64,000 nucleotides of DNA, from positions 24,691 to 88,690 of IMG/VR virus record IMGVR_UViG_3300008117_006248; one strand, 5' to 3'. The notes below the pieces were generated by a model. The model was not told where the DNA came from. It saw only the letters and a program-made list of their open reading frames with translations, and searched no databases. Below, piece after piece: positions 41,968-53,400 of this stretch; positions within the stretch are counted from its first letter, which is position 1; every line of letters starts with the position of its first letter. The position numbers and the translations under genes are program-made. The stretch comes from a virus.

Positions 41968-41973
41968 TTACAC
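41968..41973 (-). promoter_or_regulatory. GTGTAA candidate late-promoter element
   Basis: GTGTAA 15 nt before the ATG at 41952, followed by AAAGGA; the same hexamer precedes three other late genes. Confidence 0.4.
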
Positions 41974-43758
41974 GTTAAAATAACCTGTGTCATTATTATA
42001 TATGACTTGGGAAAATGGCTCTAAAGAAAAGGTAGTATATCTTAAACTAAAGTCTGCTAGTTTTTCATAATCCAATCCTTTTACTTGCCTCAATCCATTC
42101 ACCCAAATTTGCTCATCAAAAAGATTTATATTTGTATCAAAATTATTTGAATTATTTCCTGTGTATCTAATCCTATTCATTTCGTGCTTTGGTAATAATA
42201 ATAAATCTCCATCAATAAGATTCGTAGTATAAATAGTTATTGCTCCAGTCACGGCGGCATAATCAATACCAGAAATCAATTTATTGCCATTCAAATAAAG
42301 ATCTCTATGATTGACATAATTGTAAGACAAAACTTTTGTTGTATTTGTTATGTCTTGAGTTGATATTCCAGTCAATGACCCAGAACCAGATATCAAATCA
42401 TATGTTGCAAAGTCTGTAACATCAAAAAAGCTATTAGAATTTATAAAACCACTAGATACAGTAAAGTCTCCGTCGTTATCACCAGTTATTCCTGTCACAT
42501 ATGTGCAAGCCAATCCATTAACATATAAATTAACTAATTCTCCCGATCCAGTATTTAATATTGTATATCTTGCGTCAGATTGAGAAAACTGCGGAATCAA
42601 ATTTACATCTTCTGAATTTTTACCAGAAAAGCTATAAACTTCTTTATTAGAGTCATCAAAATTCGCAAGCAACAATACTTTAGAATTCCCAAATGGAACA
42701 GAATATCTAAAATCTATGATACCACTCGGAGGGCGATAAACTGTGATTTCAGATGTTCCTTGAGCAGCGCCAGTAAGTTCAACTAATTGATATTCATAAA
42801 GATATCCAGTGACTCCTGAATAAAAAAATCCAGTGACCGAAGACCCGTTCGAAGTCGCTGTAACCCCAGAAGCTGGCACATAGCCAGTTATTCCTGTCCC
42901 TACTATTACATTTTGATACTCGACTCCAGTCACAGATAAAAATGTTTCAAATTGAGTCTCGTAAACACCAGAAGCGTAACCAGAACAATAAAATGCTTTA
43001 GCGAATGTATTTCTTTCTGGGAAATCTAATCCCAAATTGAACAACATAAAACTATCAATATAACCACTAAAATTATTATAACCAACTCCAGATACGCCTA
43101 ATCCACCTAAGTAAAAGTTATTAGAATTAGAAAAATCTGCTAAATCAAACTGCACATTTAATGATTTTTTATTTAAAGTATCTTCGAATTGATGCGTTGA
43201 TAATTGTATAGAAGAATCTATTTTAGCAACAGAAATTACATTTTTATTATCTAGCTCTTGGCCTAATGTATAAATTCTTTTTCCATCTGAAGGAGTGCTG
43301 TGCTCGCAAAATAGTCTATTGCATCCATTTATTCCTATAGAAAAACCAGAAATTGCAGATCCAGAATTTTGAGACGATAATATTACTTTGCTTTTATCAA
43401 AAGATCCAGTTTCTAAATGCTTGAATACTATAAAAGCTGTCCAATCTGGTGAATCAAAATCGCCTAATATTTTTAATTTATTTTGGCCGTTGAATTGACC
43501 GCTAACTATTCCTGGATTTACATTACCGCCGCCTACTTTATCGTTATAAGACAGAGCAGGGTTATCATTTGAATAAATATTAGATCCAGAATACTGATAC
43601 TGTATTCCAGTTTGATTATTAAAAATTACATAATTCGAATAACCAGCAGAATCAGTTACGCCTGTATACGATGGATTGCGGAAATCATAATCAATAGAAA
43701 CAGAAGACCTGTCGCAAAAAATAGTTTCTAGAAAACCTGATTTTATAATTTCATTCAT
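41968..43758 (-). CDS. Virion protein with a LamG/concanavalin-like domain
   Basis: GQFNG, WTAF, FSIGING and NFYLGG..NFSGYIDSF LamG-type pattern; repeated LYVNG/LYLNG/IWVNG modules. Confidence 0.6.
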   Translation of the reverse strand: MNEIIKSGFLETIFCDRSSVSIDYDFRNPSYTGVTDSAGYSNYVIFNNQTGIQYQYSGSNIYSNDNPALSYNDKVGGGNVNPGIVSGQFNGQNKLKILGDFDSPDWTAFIVFKHLETGSFDKSKVILSSQNSGSAISGFSIGINGCNRLFCEHSTPSDGKRIYTLGQELDNKNVISVAKIDSSIQLSTHQFEDTLNKKSLNVQFDLADFSNSNNFYLGGLGVSGVGYNNFSGYIDSFMLFNLGLDFPERNTFAKAFYCSGYASGVYETQFETFLSVTGVEYQNVIVGTGITGYVPASGVTATSNGSSVTGFFYSGVTGYLYEYQLVELTGAAQGTSEITVYRPPSGIIDFRYSVPFGNSKVLLLANFDDSNKEVYSFSGKNSEDVNLIPQFSQSDARYTILNTGSGELVNLYVNGLACTYVTGITGDNDGDFTVSSGFINSNSFFDVTDFATYDLISGSGSLTGISTQDITNTTKVLSYNYVNHRDLYLNGNKLISGIDYAAVTGAITIYTTNLIDGDLLLLPKHEMNRIRYTGNNSNNFDTNINLFDEQIWVNGLRQVKGLDYEKLADFSLRYTTFSLEPFSQVIYNNDTGYFNV

Positions 43759-45566
43759 GATTTTATTACATTTCTATTTGCTAATTGATTTTGGTCTAAT
43801 GCGAAAGAGAATACAGAATTTGAGGAAACAATTGATCCATATTTATTCGATGTTAAGTTATCTGAACTAGTTGAGCTAAAATTGCTATTTGATATAGATA
43901 CGGAAGAAGACTCTTCTTGCAAAGTGTCTAAAGACTGATGCAATGCTTTAATAAAATTATCTTTGAAGGCTAACAACAACGTATCTTTATTGCCCAATAA
44001 AGTAGACTCTGGAGTCCCCGCCTTAGAAAGAGACAAATTGATTGCTGTTTTTTCTCTTTTCGCAACGTTCATGTCTACCGCTATATGCCTCAAAGAATTA
44101 TTGCAAGAAAATCCATAAGTAAAAATAGTATTAGTTGGAGTATACTCGATAGAGTAATCTGAATTTGAAAGCCCCAAGAATCTATCTTTATTATCGTATG
44201 TTGCAGATATTGATACAGTCCCCAAAATTGGATTAGCTTCTACTTGCACTGAAACTGGCTCTTGATTCAAAGTGAATTTAGGAGTCGCCCCATAGTAACC
44301 AGTATAATATCCATTTACTAAGGTATACAATCTTGGCGCAGATGCACTTGTGCCAGCGGTGAATAACTCTGTCACATATTTTAAAGAGTTCTCATATTTA
44401 TTTTTTACAGAACCTCTGCACTTAACATCTCCCTTAATTTCTAAAGTGTCTATATAAGATAATTCGTCTATCGAATGAGAAATTGAAGCGTCTAAATAAC
44501 AACCACTAAAAACAGTTTGATCGTTAGCGGATCCATAAAATTCTAAGTTATCATATGAAATGCTAAAATTTATCTTTCTAGCTTTTCGATCTTCATTTAT
44601 TGTGACTTCGATTGGGTCTGGGCAGAATTTAAAACCATTCGGGCTACCATATTTACCTGAGATTACCGCGTAAGGATGCAATCCAGAAAGCTCATTAATT
44701 AAACTAGAAACTAAAGCATCACCCGTTACTCCAGTTATCCCAGCCTTTATTTCTCCCTGTATGGAAGCCGTCACGAAATCATCTCCAGCTCCAGAAGTTA
44801 AATTAGTAGAGTAAGATACCAAATGATAGTTATTGAAAGAATAATTCTGAGCAGACTCAGAGTCTCCTGTGACAGTTCTAAATTTATAGGTCTCTTCAAC
44901 AGAATAAGTTAAATTTAATTTATCTAAATTTTCTGCTATGCTTACTAAAACAGGGGTAAAATTACTAGAATTGTCTATGCTAGTAACTAACGGCAAAGAT
45001 AATATTTTTGAAACACCTGTTCTTGTAGCAACATAAGATTTGGCATTATTTATTGCATCATCTATAGTTGTAGTAACGAAGCCTCTGGCTGCTACAGAAT
45101 GAGTAATTGTTCCTACTCCATCATTACCAGGAGATATTGTAATTTCATCTTTTGGGTCTAGCACACCATAAGTGCCAGAAAAAAATCCAGTAAGCCCAGA
45201 TGGGTAAGACAGCAATTCTACGGAATAATTTACAACTTTATTATAAGGAGCATTGTCGAAAGAAACATTTTCTACAGAACACCCAGAGAAAGCATACGCC
45301 TCAGTAGTCGGCGGAACATCATCTGCATCTTCAAATATTTTTAATGTTTTAAAAGAAGATGCAAATATATCAACTAACCCAGTTTGAGCATAATATAAAT
45401 CATCGAAACTGTTGCCAGTTATAACCCCATTCAAAACTATCCTTTGAGACATTCCCCATCTATCGCCATGAGTAATAACGTCATCAGTTATTGATATGTA
45501 AGGAGTCGGCCCGGTCCTAGAAAGCGGCACTCTCTTATTATTGTATTTTATTAATACGTCTGACAT
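43755..45566 (-). CDS. Putative tail (distal tail-like) structural protein
   Basis: Second gene after the tape measure gene; beta-rich with repetitive architecture. Confidence 0.5.
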   Translation of the reverse strand: MSDVLIKYNNKRVPLSRTGPTPYISITDDVITHGDRWGMSQRIVLNGVITGNSFDDLYYAQTGLVDIFASSFKTLKIFEDADDVPPTTEAYAFSGCSVENVSFDNAPYNKVVNYSVELLSYPSGLTGFFSGTYGVLDPKDEITISPGNDGVGTITHSVAARGFVTTTIDDAINNAKSYVATRTGVSKILSLPLVTSIDNSSNFTPVLVSIAENLDKLNLTYSVEETYKFRTVTGDSESAQNYSFNNYHLVSYSTNLTSGAGDDFVTASIQGEIKAGITGVTGDALVSSLINELSGLHPYAVISGKYGSPNGFKFCPDPIEVTINEDRKARKINFSISYDNLEFYGSANDQTVFSGCYLDASISHSIDELSYIDTLEIKGDVKCRGSVKNKYENSLKYVTELFTAGTSASAPRLYTLVNGYYTGYYGATPKFTLNQEPVSVQVEANPILGTVSISATYDNKDRFLGLSNSDYSIEYTPTNTIFTYGFSCNNSLRHIAVDMNVAKREKTAINLSLSKAGTPESTLLGNKDTLLLAFKDNFIKALHQSLDTLQEESSSVSISNSNFSSTSSDNLTSNKYGSIVSSNSVFSFALDQNQLANRNVIKS

Positions 45567-45567
45567 A

Positions 45568-47472
45568 TCAAAGTTTTTCCTTTTTAACTAAGAATTTATA
45601 TTCTATCGAAGCTCTTAAATTGTAATTATTATCAATAGATAAATTTAAATTATCCATGAAATAAGTAAGATCTCCGAGTTTAAAACCAAAATTTTCATTA
45701 TATATTTTGGAGAATGCTTTTATGCCATATTGATATTGAGGATAATTTATACCAAATAAGCGTCCGTTATCTTTATGAAGCATTTCTGTGGAAAACAAAT
45801 CTTTTATCTTACCAAATACAGTGTCTGGTACAATATTAACGCCGGTTCCAGTGTACAGATTGTTTCTATTGATCTTCATTTCTATAGCAATAGATTTGAC
45901 GCCCTCTGTTAATTGCGTAGTTTGATATATTGTTTCTTGGCTTCTGTCCACTTTGCGAGAATTTTGATTCCAAGAACCAGGAATATTAGCATTTGAATAT
46001 CTGTTGACCGGCAAATTAGTGTTCTCTGAAATTGTTAATTGACGAACCAATCCAGAGCTTGAAAGCGTCGGAGAATTCGAGTATGTTTTTGTGTAGGTTG
46101 TTTCTACTCCGAATTTTAAATGATTAATTGCTGTGCTAGTTCTTATGCCAGCAAATGTGCCACTACCTGCCACCGCTAAATAATAAGGATTTATTCTTGT
46201 CAAATCATCTGCTCCAGAATTTGCGCTAATTATATTTTTTATATCAGTCAAATTAGAAGAAAAGGCTTTATTTTTATTTGTATAAAATTTAATAGATCCA
46301 TTAATTGTAGAATTGTAAATTCCTTGAGCGTCTTTCACTAGAGAGATGGAATAAGTATGAATAGTCGTAGAGTCGTCGTAAGCGGCATTAGTTGTGAATC
46401 TTATTTCATAACCTATTTCTGGCTGAGTTTCTGTTAGATCTTTTGTTATTGAAATTGGGTTTGACTTTAGTGTATCTAAGGCATTATACTTCGGTAAGAT
46501 TCTCTTAAACTTAGAATAATCATTAGAGAAGTATCTATTAAATACATTATTGCATCTTGAATACGCAGAAGATAAATTAGAATTTAACTTAGATATTGCG
46601 TTAGCTCTAGCCGCAGCGAAACTCGATCCTTTTCCTTTTATTCTTCCTCTTTCTACTACTTCTATTACTCCTTCCGCATTAAATACTACGTCAGTTAATA
46701 ATGTTTCTGTTGTAGTAGAGCTATTATCAGAAAAAACTGTATATTGTTTTGAGTACGAGAAGTTATAGTTTATAAGGTCTACAGTTTGATCTATTAAAGA
46801 AGATCCATAATCTGTATTGCTTATTTGAAAGCTTGTGGAGCTATAAAAAGAACGTATCGAAGATAGTGAATCAAGTCCTAAAGCAAAAAATGTATTCGCT
46901 ATATCTCTTGCGTCCGTGACTACTGTTGTTTCTGAATCTTTATCTATATTGTCTATTCCGAAAGAAAGTCTATGCGATGCTAAAAAATTACCATCATCTT
47001 GCAGTGTAAAATTGAAAGACTCAGAAAAATCTCTTAACTTATACCAAAGATTTGTAGTATTACTATAAACAGAAGGCAAATTCTCTGCCGCGAAAGTGTT
47101 AGAAGAGTCATCTTTAAAAACTTCTAAAGTTATAGTAAACTTAGTAAATCTTACAGAATTCTCATCAAAATTTACAGAAGTAGGAAAAGAATAATTTAAA
47201 AATCTAGCCTTGCCATAAGACTTATCATTAAGAAATATTTCTACAAAATCAGTAGAACTTTCTAACAGCAACTTTACTTGCCTGAAATGCTCTTTTATTG
47301 GAACACTAGATTCTCTATTAGAAAAGTAGCCATCAATAGATATATCTTCTTTTCTTCTATAATTAAAAGCCCCAGCTTTTTGATTCGAGACAGAATAATT
47401 CAATAAAGTAGCCACAGCAAAGCTTACTGCTGTTGAGCCGAACTTTATTACTGTTTCAGAGGTAAAGGCCAT
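45568..47472 (-). CDS. Putative tail (distal tail-like) structural protein
   Basis: Immediately follows the tape measure gene; composition and size resemble the next gene. Confidence 0.5.
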   Translation of the reverse strand: MAFTSETVIKFGSTAVSFAVATLLNYSVSNQKAGAFNYRRKEDISIDGYFSNRESSVPIKEHFRQVKLLLESSTDFVEIFLNDKSYGKARFLNYSFPTSVNFDENSVRFTKFTITLEVFKDDSSNTFAAENLPSVYSNTTNLWYKLRDFSESFNFTLQDDGNFLASHRLSFGIDNIDKDSETTVVTDARDIANTFFALGLDSLSSIRSFYSSTSFQISNTDYGSSLIDQTVDLINYNFSYSKQYTVFSDNSSTTTETLLTDVVFNAEGVIEVVERGRIKGKGSSFAAARANAISKLNSNLSSAYSRCNNVFNRYFSNDYSKFKRILPKYNALDTLKSNPISITKDLTETQPEIGYEIRFTTNAAYDDSTTIHTYSISLVKDAQGIYNSTINGSIKFYTNKNKAFSSNLTDIKNIISANSGADDLTRINPYYLAVAGSGTFAGIRTSTAINHLKFGVETTYTKTYSNSPTLSSSGLVRQLTISENTNLPVNRYSNANIPGSWNQNSRKVDRSQETIYQTTQLTEGVKSIAIEMKINRNNLYTGTGVNIVPDTVFGKIKDLFSTEMLHKDNGRLFGINYPQYQYGIKAFSKIYNENFGFKLGDLTYFMDNLNLSIDNNYNLRASIEYKFLVKKEKL

Positions 47473-47487
47473 ATTTTATTATATATT

Positions 47488-50400
47488 TTATCTCTTAAAA
47501 TTCAAGGCTGCTGGTCCTAGTTTTTTGAGTTCTGGAATCTTGTCGAACAAGATGCTGATGATCCCTTGCATTGCTTCGTCTGGAGCATTTTGTATAGATG
47601 TCCTTCCATCTATATTTATAACATTAGAGTTAGAAACACTGCTAGAAGAAGCTCCATTAGGGAATGCTGATGTTATTCCATTTCTCATTGCTTCTGTTAT
47701 TGCATCGGAAAACTCCCCAATTGCAAAATTTGGAACGCTTCCTTGAGCAGCAGATGGGAAAGACATTCTTGGAGCAGACATTCTCATTCTCGAATAAACA
47801 TCCCCAGAAGACATCATGCTGTTGCTCATAGCGGCGAAGTTAGGTACTTTCCCGCTAGTCCTTTCTTGCATTACTTGTTCAGCGGTAATCCTTCTCCTTA
47901 CGGCTTCTTCTAGAACATCCTTGGGGAAATCTTGAGCTCCGGTAGCCGCTGTGTAATCTCTAGAAAGTTGACTATTTATTTCTGGAACAGACATTCCTTG
48001 GATAGCTGCGCCTCTTCTTGCGGCGGCCTCTTCTCTATCTGCGATTACTCTTTCGGCGCTTCTTCCAGTTTTAGTGGCTTCTTCTAATACATCTTGAGAA
48101 AAGCCTTTGGGTATTTCTGGAATTAGATAATTTTTATTACCTTTATTCGCGTTATCTCTTTCCCTCGAATAGTTCCTGTAAGACTCGAATAAACTCTTAT
48201 CTCCTTCGAAGTCTTTCTCTGTGAATTTGCCAAAAGTTTTTTCTTGATCAAGTAAATACAAAGCCTTATCTCTAGAAGTTTTTAGCCCAGAGAGATCTTC
48301 GTTAGGAGTTAGCCCTCTAACTACAGTTTTTCTTAAAGAAGCGCTAAATTTTTCTTGTTCTTCATTTCTGGCCGCTTCTTCTGATTTTATAGCTTGTTCA
48401 TTTTCTTTTGCTACTTTTGCTTTTTGAGCTATGGTTGCAGCTATTCTTTGTTGCTCTTCTTGTTCTTTCTGCTTTTGAGCTCTAGCAGCGCTTATTTCTG
48501 TAAGCTCTTTGCTCAGTCTATCTGTTATTCCTTCTGTGGATAATCCTTGCCCTTTGTTTAGATCTTCCAAGGCAGTTCTTCTAGTTCTAATATAATCTGA
48601 CATAGAAGCTTTTCCTTCTATTACTTCTTTCTTACTTACTCCTTTTTCATATCCAAATCTAGCATTGTTTGCTATAGCTGAAGCTTCTGCTCCAGCTATA
48701 AATTCTCCTAGCGTATTTGCTTTACCTTCAAATCCAAGTTTATTGCCTAATACATTTCCTAATCTATATCCAATCTTTGCAGTAGCTACAGCAGCTCCTA
48801 CTGGGCCTCCTGCGGCAGTTAATGCTGTGCCTAAAACATCTAAGTATCCTCCTCCTTGTTCTGCTTTACCAAATAAAACATCAGACCAATTTGATGCTAA
48901 TTCGAAATTTTTCGCATTGACTATATCTCTTGCCAATCCTATACCTGCAGCAGCCCCGAATGCTTTGCCAGCTAAACCTTGGGCTCCTTTGCCTAAAATT
49001 CCAGCTAAACCTGACGCCCCGTAAAGCCCAGCTTGAGTCGCAGAAACAGCAGCGTTTCCGTATTGGCCAGCCTTGAACTCATCTCTAGCTTGCAAACCGC
49101 TAGTCAAAGCTCCTGATATGCCAGCTCCACCAGCAGCTAACTTGCCTAATGCCCCCGTAAAAGTGAGAGGCAAATTTTTTGAACTCACAAAACGGCCTGT
49201 TGTTGGATCTCTGAGAGGCTTGCCCTTGCTTTGGCTGCCACTTTTAATTAAATTACTGACCAAGCCAGTCCCTAACGCAAGCGAAGCAGTTCCGTATATT
49301 GCCGCATCAACTTTATTTCCTTGGTTAAAAGCATCAACGGCTTGCGCCCCTAGCGCGGCGGCAGATAAACCAGAAAGAGCAGTTCCTCCTTTGTTTATCG
49401 CATTTTTGCCAAAAGACATTAAGCCAGCACTAGCTTGCCCTAATAGACCTTTAGCTCCAGTAAACAAATTAGATCCAGTAGAACCCAATTTGCCAGCAAT
49501 ATTTTGTGCTTGATCATATAAAGCTGGCCCAACTTTACTAGCTAATCCTTTGGCTTTAGAGAACTGATCTTTTACAGAATTTAGTATAGAAGAAGACAGA
49601 CTTGGCTTCTGAGAAAATCCGGAAGGAAGGCCGCCAGACAGCCCGGCAGAAGACCCTATAGATGGCCTTATTGATTGAGGCAAAGCAGGCGCTCCAGTAG
49701 GATTAATACCTACCGCCGGAGATCCACTAGCCAAACCTCCTGGTAACGGTTTTTGTCCAAAAATATTTTTAACTAGCTTTTCGGATAATCCTCTACCCAT
49801 AAAACCTGTAGAACCAGTTTTATCGCTTGGATTTATCTCGAAAACAATAGTGCCAACTCGCCCTCTTCCTCCAGAATAAAATTCTCTCGACTTAACTCCA
49901 GCATCTAAGGCTGATTGCAAAGTCGTGCCTCCGACATCTACTCCAAAAAATGCATTTTTAATTCCTTTACTCTTTACTAAAGCTCTGATAGAGTCGAAAG
50001 CAGAGGCTTCCGCTGATCTCCTAAAAGATCTAGTCATCTTAACGGCTTCGCTTTTCGAAAGTCCAGCGTCCATATAAGCTTTTATGGATGGCCCGGCAGA
50101 AGGATCAAACCCTGTCGCCTTTAAAACCGTTCCACCTTTTATTATTTTAATATTTCCTTTATCGTCTACAGCTACGTGGACTCTTAATTCATTATAATAA
50201 GTAGGAACTTTTTCTTGAGTAAAAAATCCACTACCTGTACCTCTATTAAATTTACCGATTATAGATCTAGCATCTGCGGTTGTAAGCTTCCCACCTAATC
50301 CATAAACCCCTTTGCTTTGGACATTTGATTCGCCGAAAGCTGTTTTAATAAGAACATCTTTGCCACCAGAAATTTTATCAATTTGAGCTAATAAGTTCTT

Positions 50401-53400
50401 AGGAGTCAATTTGCCTTGTTTATCCAGCTTAGTGAGAATGCTATCTATAGATTTTGATCTGGCTATTCCTGGTAAACTTAATTCATCTAATTTAGTTACT
50501 CTAGGATCCTTTAAAGCAAGAATAGATTTTTTCCCAACGCCTTCGCTTAATTCTGTCGATATTGTTCTGGCGCCTCTAGGCAAACTTTTAGAATCAATTA
50601 AAGAAGTATCAACAGTTCCATTCGGATTTACTTTTCTAAAACCATTGTCTATATTATCCCATACATATAATTTTCCAAGCTTGGCGTTTTCTCTAGCTCT
50701 TAAAGCCGCTTTTTCTCCGAAAGCAGCATAATTGGGAACGAATCCCGAAGACCTCATACCCAAACTTCTAAGTCCGTTTTTTTCATCTATGCTATTCGTA
50801 ACCGCAAAACCGAAAGGATTGGATTGCGTTACTAAATCTGGACTTCTTTCCAAATTAATATTAGCCATAGCGAAATTTGGGACACCCATTATCCCTCTGC
50901 TGGCTAGTGCTGTTTTTTCTCTATTTACGGCGTCTGCTATCGAGCTAGAATATTTTGTTAAACCATTTGCATTGCTTGGTATTCCAGTCGGCATTAATCC
51001 GCCCATACCTGCGTAAGCAGAAGCGGCTGCCTTGACTTTAGATTCGTTACTTGCTTCTGATAATTTTACTTCATCAGCTGTAATATTCGCTAAAGTTGTC
51101 TTAATGCCTGTGGTCCCGAATGTAGACTTCAAGCCATTTTCAAAAGCAGTTATTAAAGCCTTGCTTTGAGATTGAGATATTTCTATTAATTTTTCTTTGA
51201 TGGGAGAAATTGTATTTTCTAAAACTCTTAGAGCCGCATCTTCTGTTTTGGCTTGTCTTACTGATTCTACATTAAATTTTTCGAGATCTCCCATCGCCTT
51301 CTGAATATCTTTTGGAATTTCAGGGCTACCGAATAAAGCATTAGTTTTAAGCCCGGCAGATTCAAGAAGATAACTTTGATCAAAAGCTTTTCCTCTCAAC
51401 AAATTAGCAGTTTGTCCGAGACCCATCATTTGAGCCATGCCAGCTCTTCTGAAGAGATCTTTTTGCATGTCAAAAGCATTTAGCCTTGTTAATTCTGCTT
51501 TTACAGCTTGGATATCAGAAGGTTCTTTGCCTCCTTTGGTCATTAATAAACCTGGATATTTCTGTAAAGTATCAGTCAAAAAGTCTGTCGCCCCAGCAAT
51601 TTGGCCTCTTCTAGAACCAATCATTGATCCTAATTGGTAAGTTAATGGTCCCCTTATGGAAGAAGCCATTGCCTCTGCTCTCATTTGAGGATTCAATGAG
51701 GCTCTTATATCTCCACCGAAAGCTATTTTTTCTTGCAGAGCCAAAAACTTTAATTGTATTTTTTTGGACTCTTCGGCTATTATTGTTGCTTTATTTATAT
51801 CTCTTGATTGCTGAGAATTAAAATCAATAAGCTTTTGTATGCCTTTGGATTGTGCTTCGCTAAGTCCTGGTAATTTTTGTAAGCTTTCTAATTCTCTACC
51901 CGCGCCCGCGCCCGGGGCCTCAATATTTCTTAGTCTGGCTTCTACCGCAGGAGACAAGTTAGCCAGAAATTCTTTATCATTTAATTGAGTCAATAATGAA
52001 TTCTGGAAAGAAACCGCAGCATCAGCTTTCTTTATCGCCAGCGTAGCCTCTGAAGAGGCAGATATGCCAGCTCGTCTGCTGAATGTTCCTGCTAGTTCTG
52101 CCAATTCTGGAAGTTGTTGTTCTAAAGCTTTCTTTATTTCGGTTCTTATATCTCTAGCATCTTCGACAGCTTGTCTTCTTGAAGCTAATGGCTTGCTTAT
52201 TCTTGCTATTTCTTTTGCTTGCGCGGAAGTAATTTTTTCAATTCCTTGGGCCACTTTTAGTGCTTCTATAAAAGCTTTTTTCAATTGATCAGTATTGAGT
52301 TGATCAGAAAATTCTTTTACGTCTAATCCGGCCTTCTTGAGTATTTCGCCGAAATTAGCTGTAGTAGCTTTAGAAAGATCTGTTTTAAATATATCAGTGT
52401 TTGCCCTATTTATTATTTCATTAAAGAAAGAGCTTAACTCTGCTGGGGCTTGTTCTCCAGTTATCTTTCCTTTTCTTCCGAATTCTAAAGCAGAAGTTCT
52501 TATTGCTTCTTGTGTTTGTGCTTTCTTTAAATTTTCTTCTAGTACAGTAATTTGATCACTAATTGATGTTTGCCCAGCCAATCTAGAAATTAATTCCGGA
52601 TTCTTTATTGATATTTTCTTTATTAAGTCTTCTCTAGTTTTGACAAGCTTTACTATTTCTCTAGGATCTGCTTTTGGGTCTTTGTATGCAGCATCTAATT
52701 TAGACAAAGAAGCACTAAGCTCTGTTGTATTTTCGGCCAAGTCTGTGAAAGCTTTCTTAGAGCGGTCTAGTGCATTTTCAAATTTTTTGCTTTGGATTCT
52801 TTGATCTAAATCTCCTCCTGACAATTCGCCCAACTTAACGCCACCATAAATTTGCGCTGCGCCTGTTAATCCAGCAGCTATTCTGCTGCCCGTTGAAGCT
52901 TTTTTAGACAATATAGCTGTTCCTATATTTTTTACGCCTGCGGAAGCTGGCAAAGCTTGACTTATAAATTTTGACACAGCAGAAGGAATCACTTCTCTTT
53001 CTGCCAATTCATCTATTATGCTGGCGTAAGCTTGTTTTTCAAAAAGTTCTAACGCTCCAGAAATTGGATTGGCAAGTTTTCCGCCTGCTTTGCCAAAAAA
53101 ACGAGATATTAAAGCTGTTGGAATTTTAGCGAAATTAGGAACTACGTCTTTTAACCCATTAGGCTCATCTTTTTTGTTTGTTACCGCTATTGGATTTCCG
53201 CCTCTATCAAAATGAGCCATAATTTGAGAGGCTGGTAAGCCACTCATTGTTTTTTCTCTTCCTATAGCATCTGATAAGCCAGCAAAATTAGGAATGCGCC
53301 CGCTTGCGAATCCAATAAGTTTAGATATTTCATCTCCCTTTTCAAATCTCATTCCGAACGGAAAAAAAGAAGCGAGTGGTTGATATCTAGTATTTGATGG

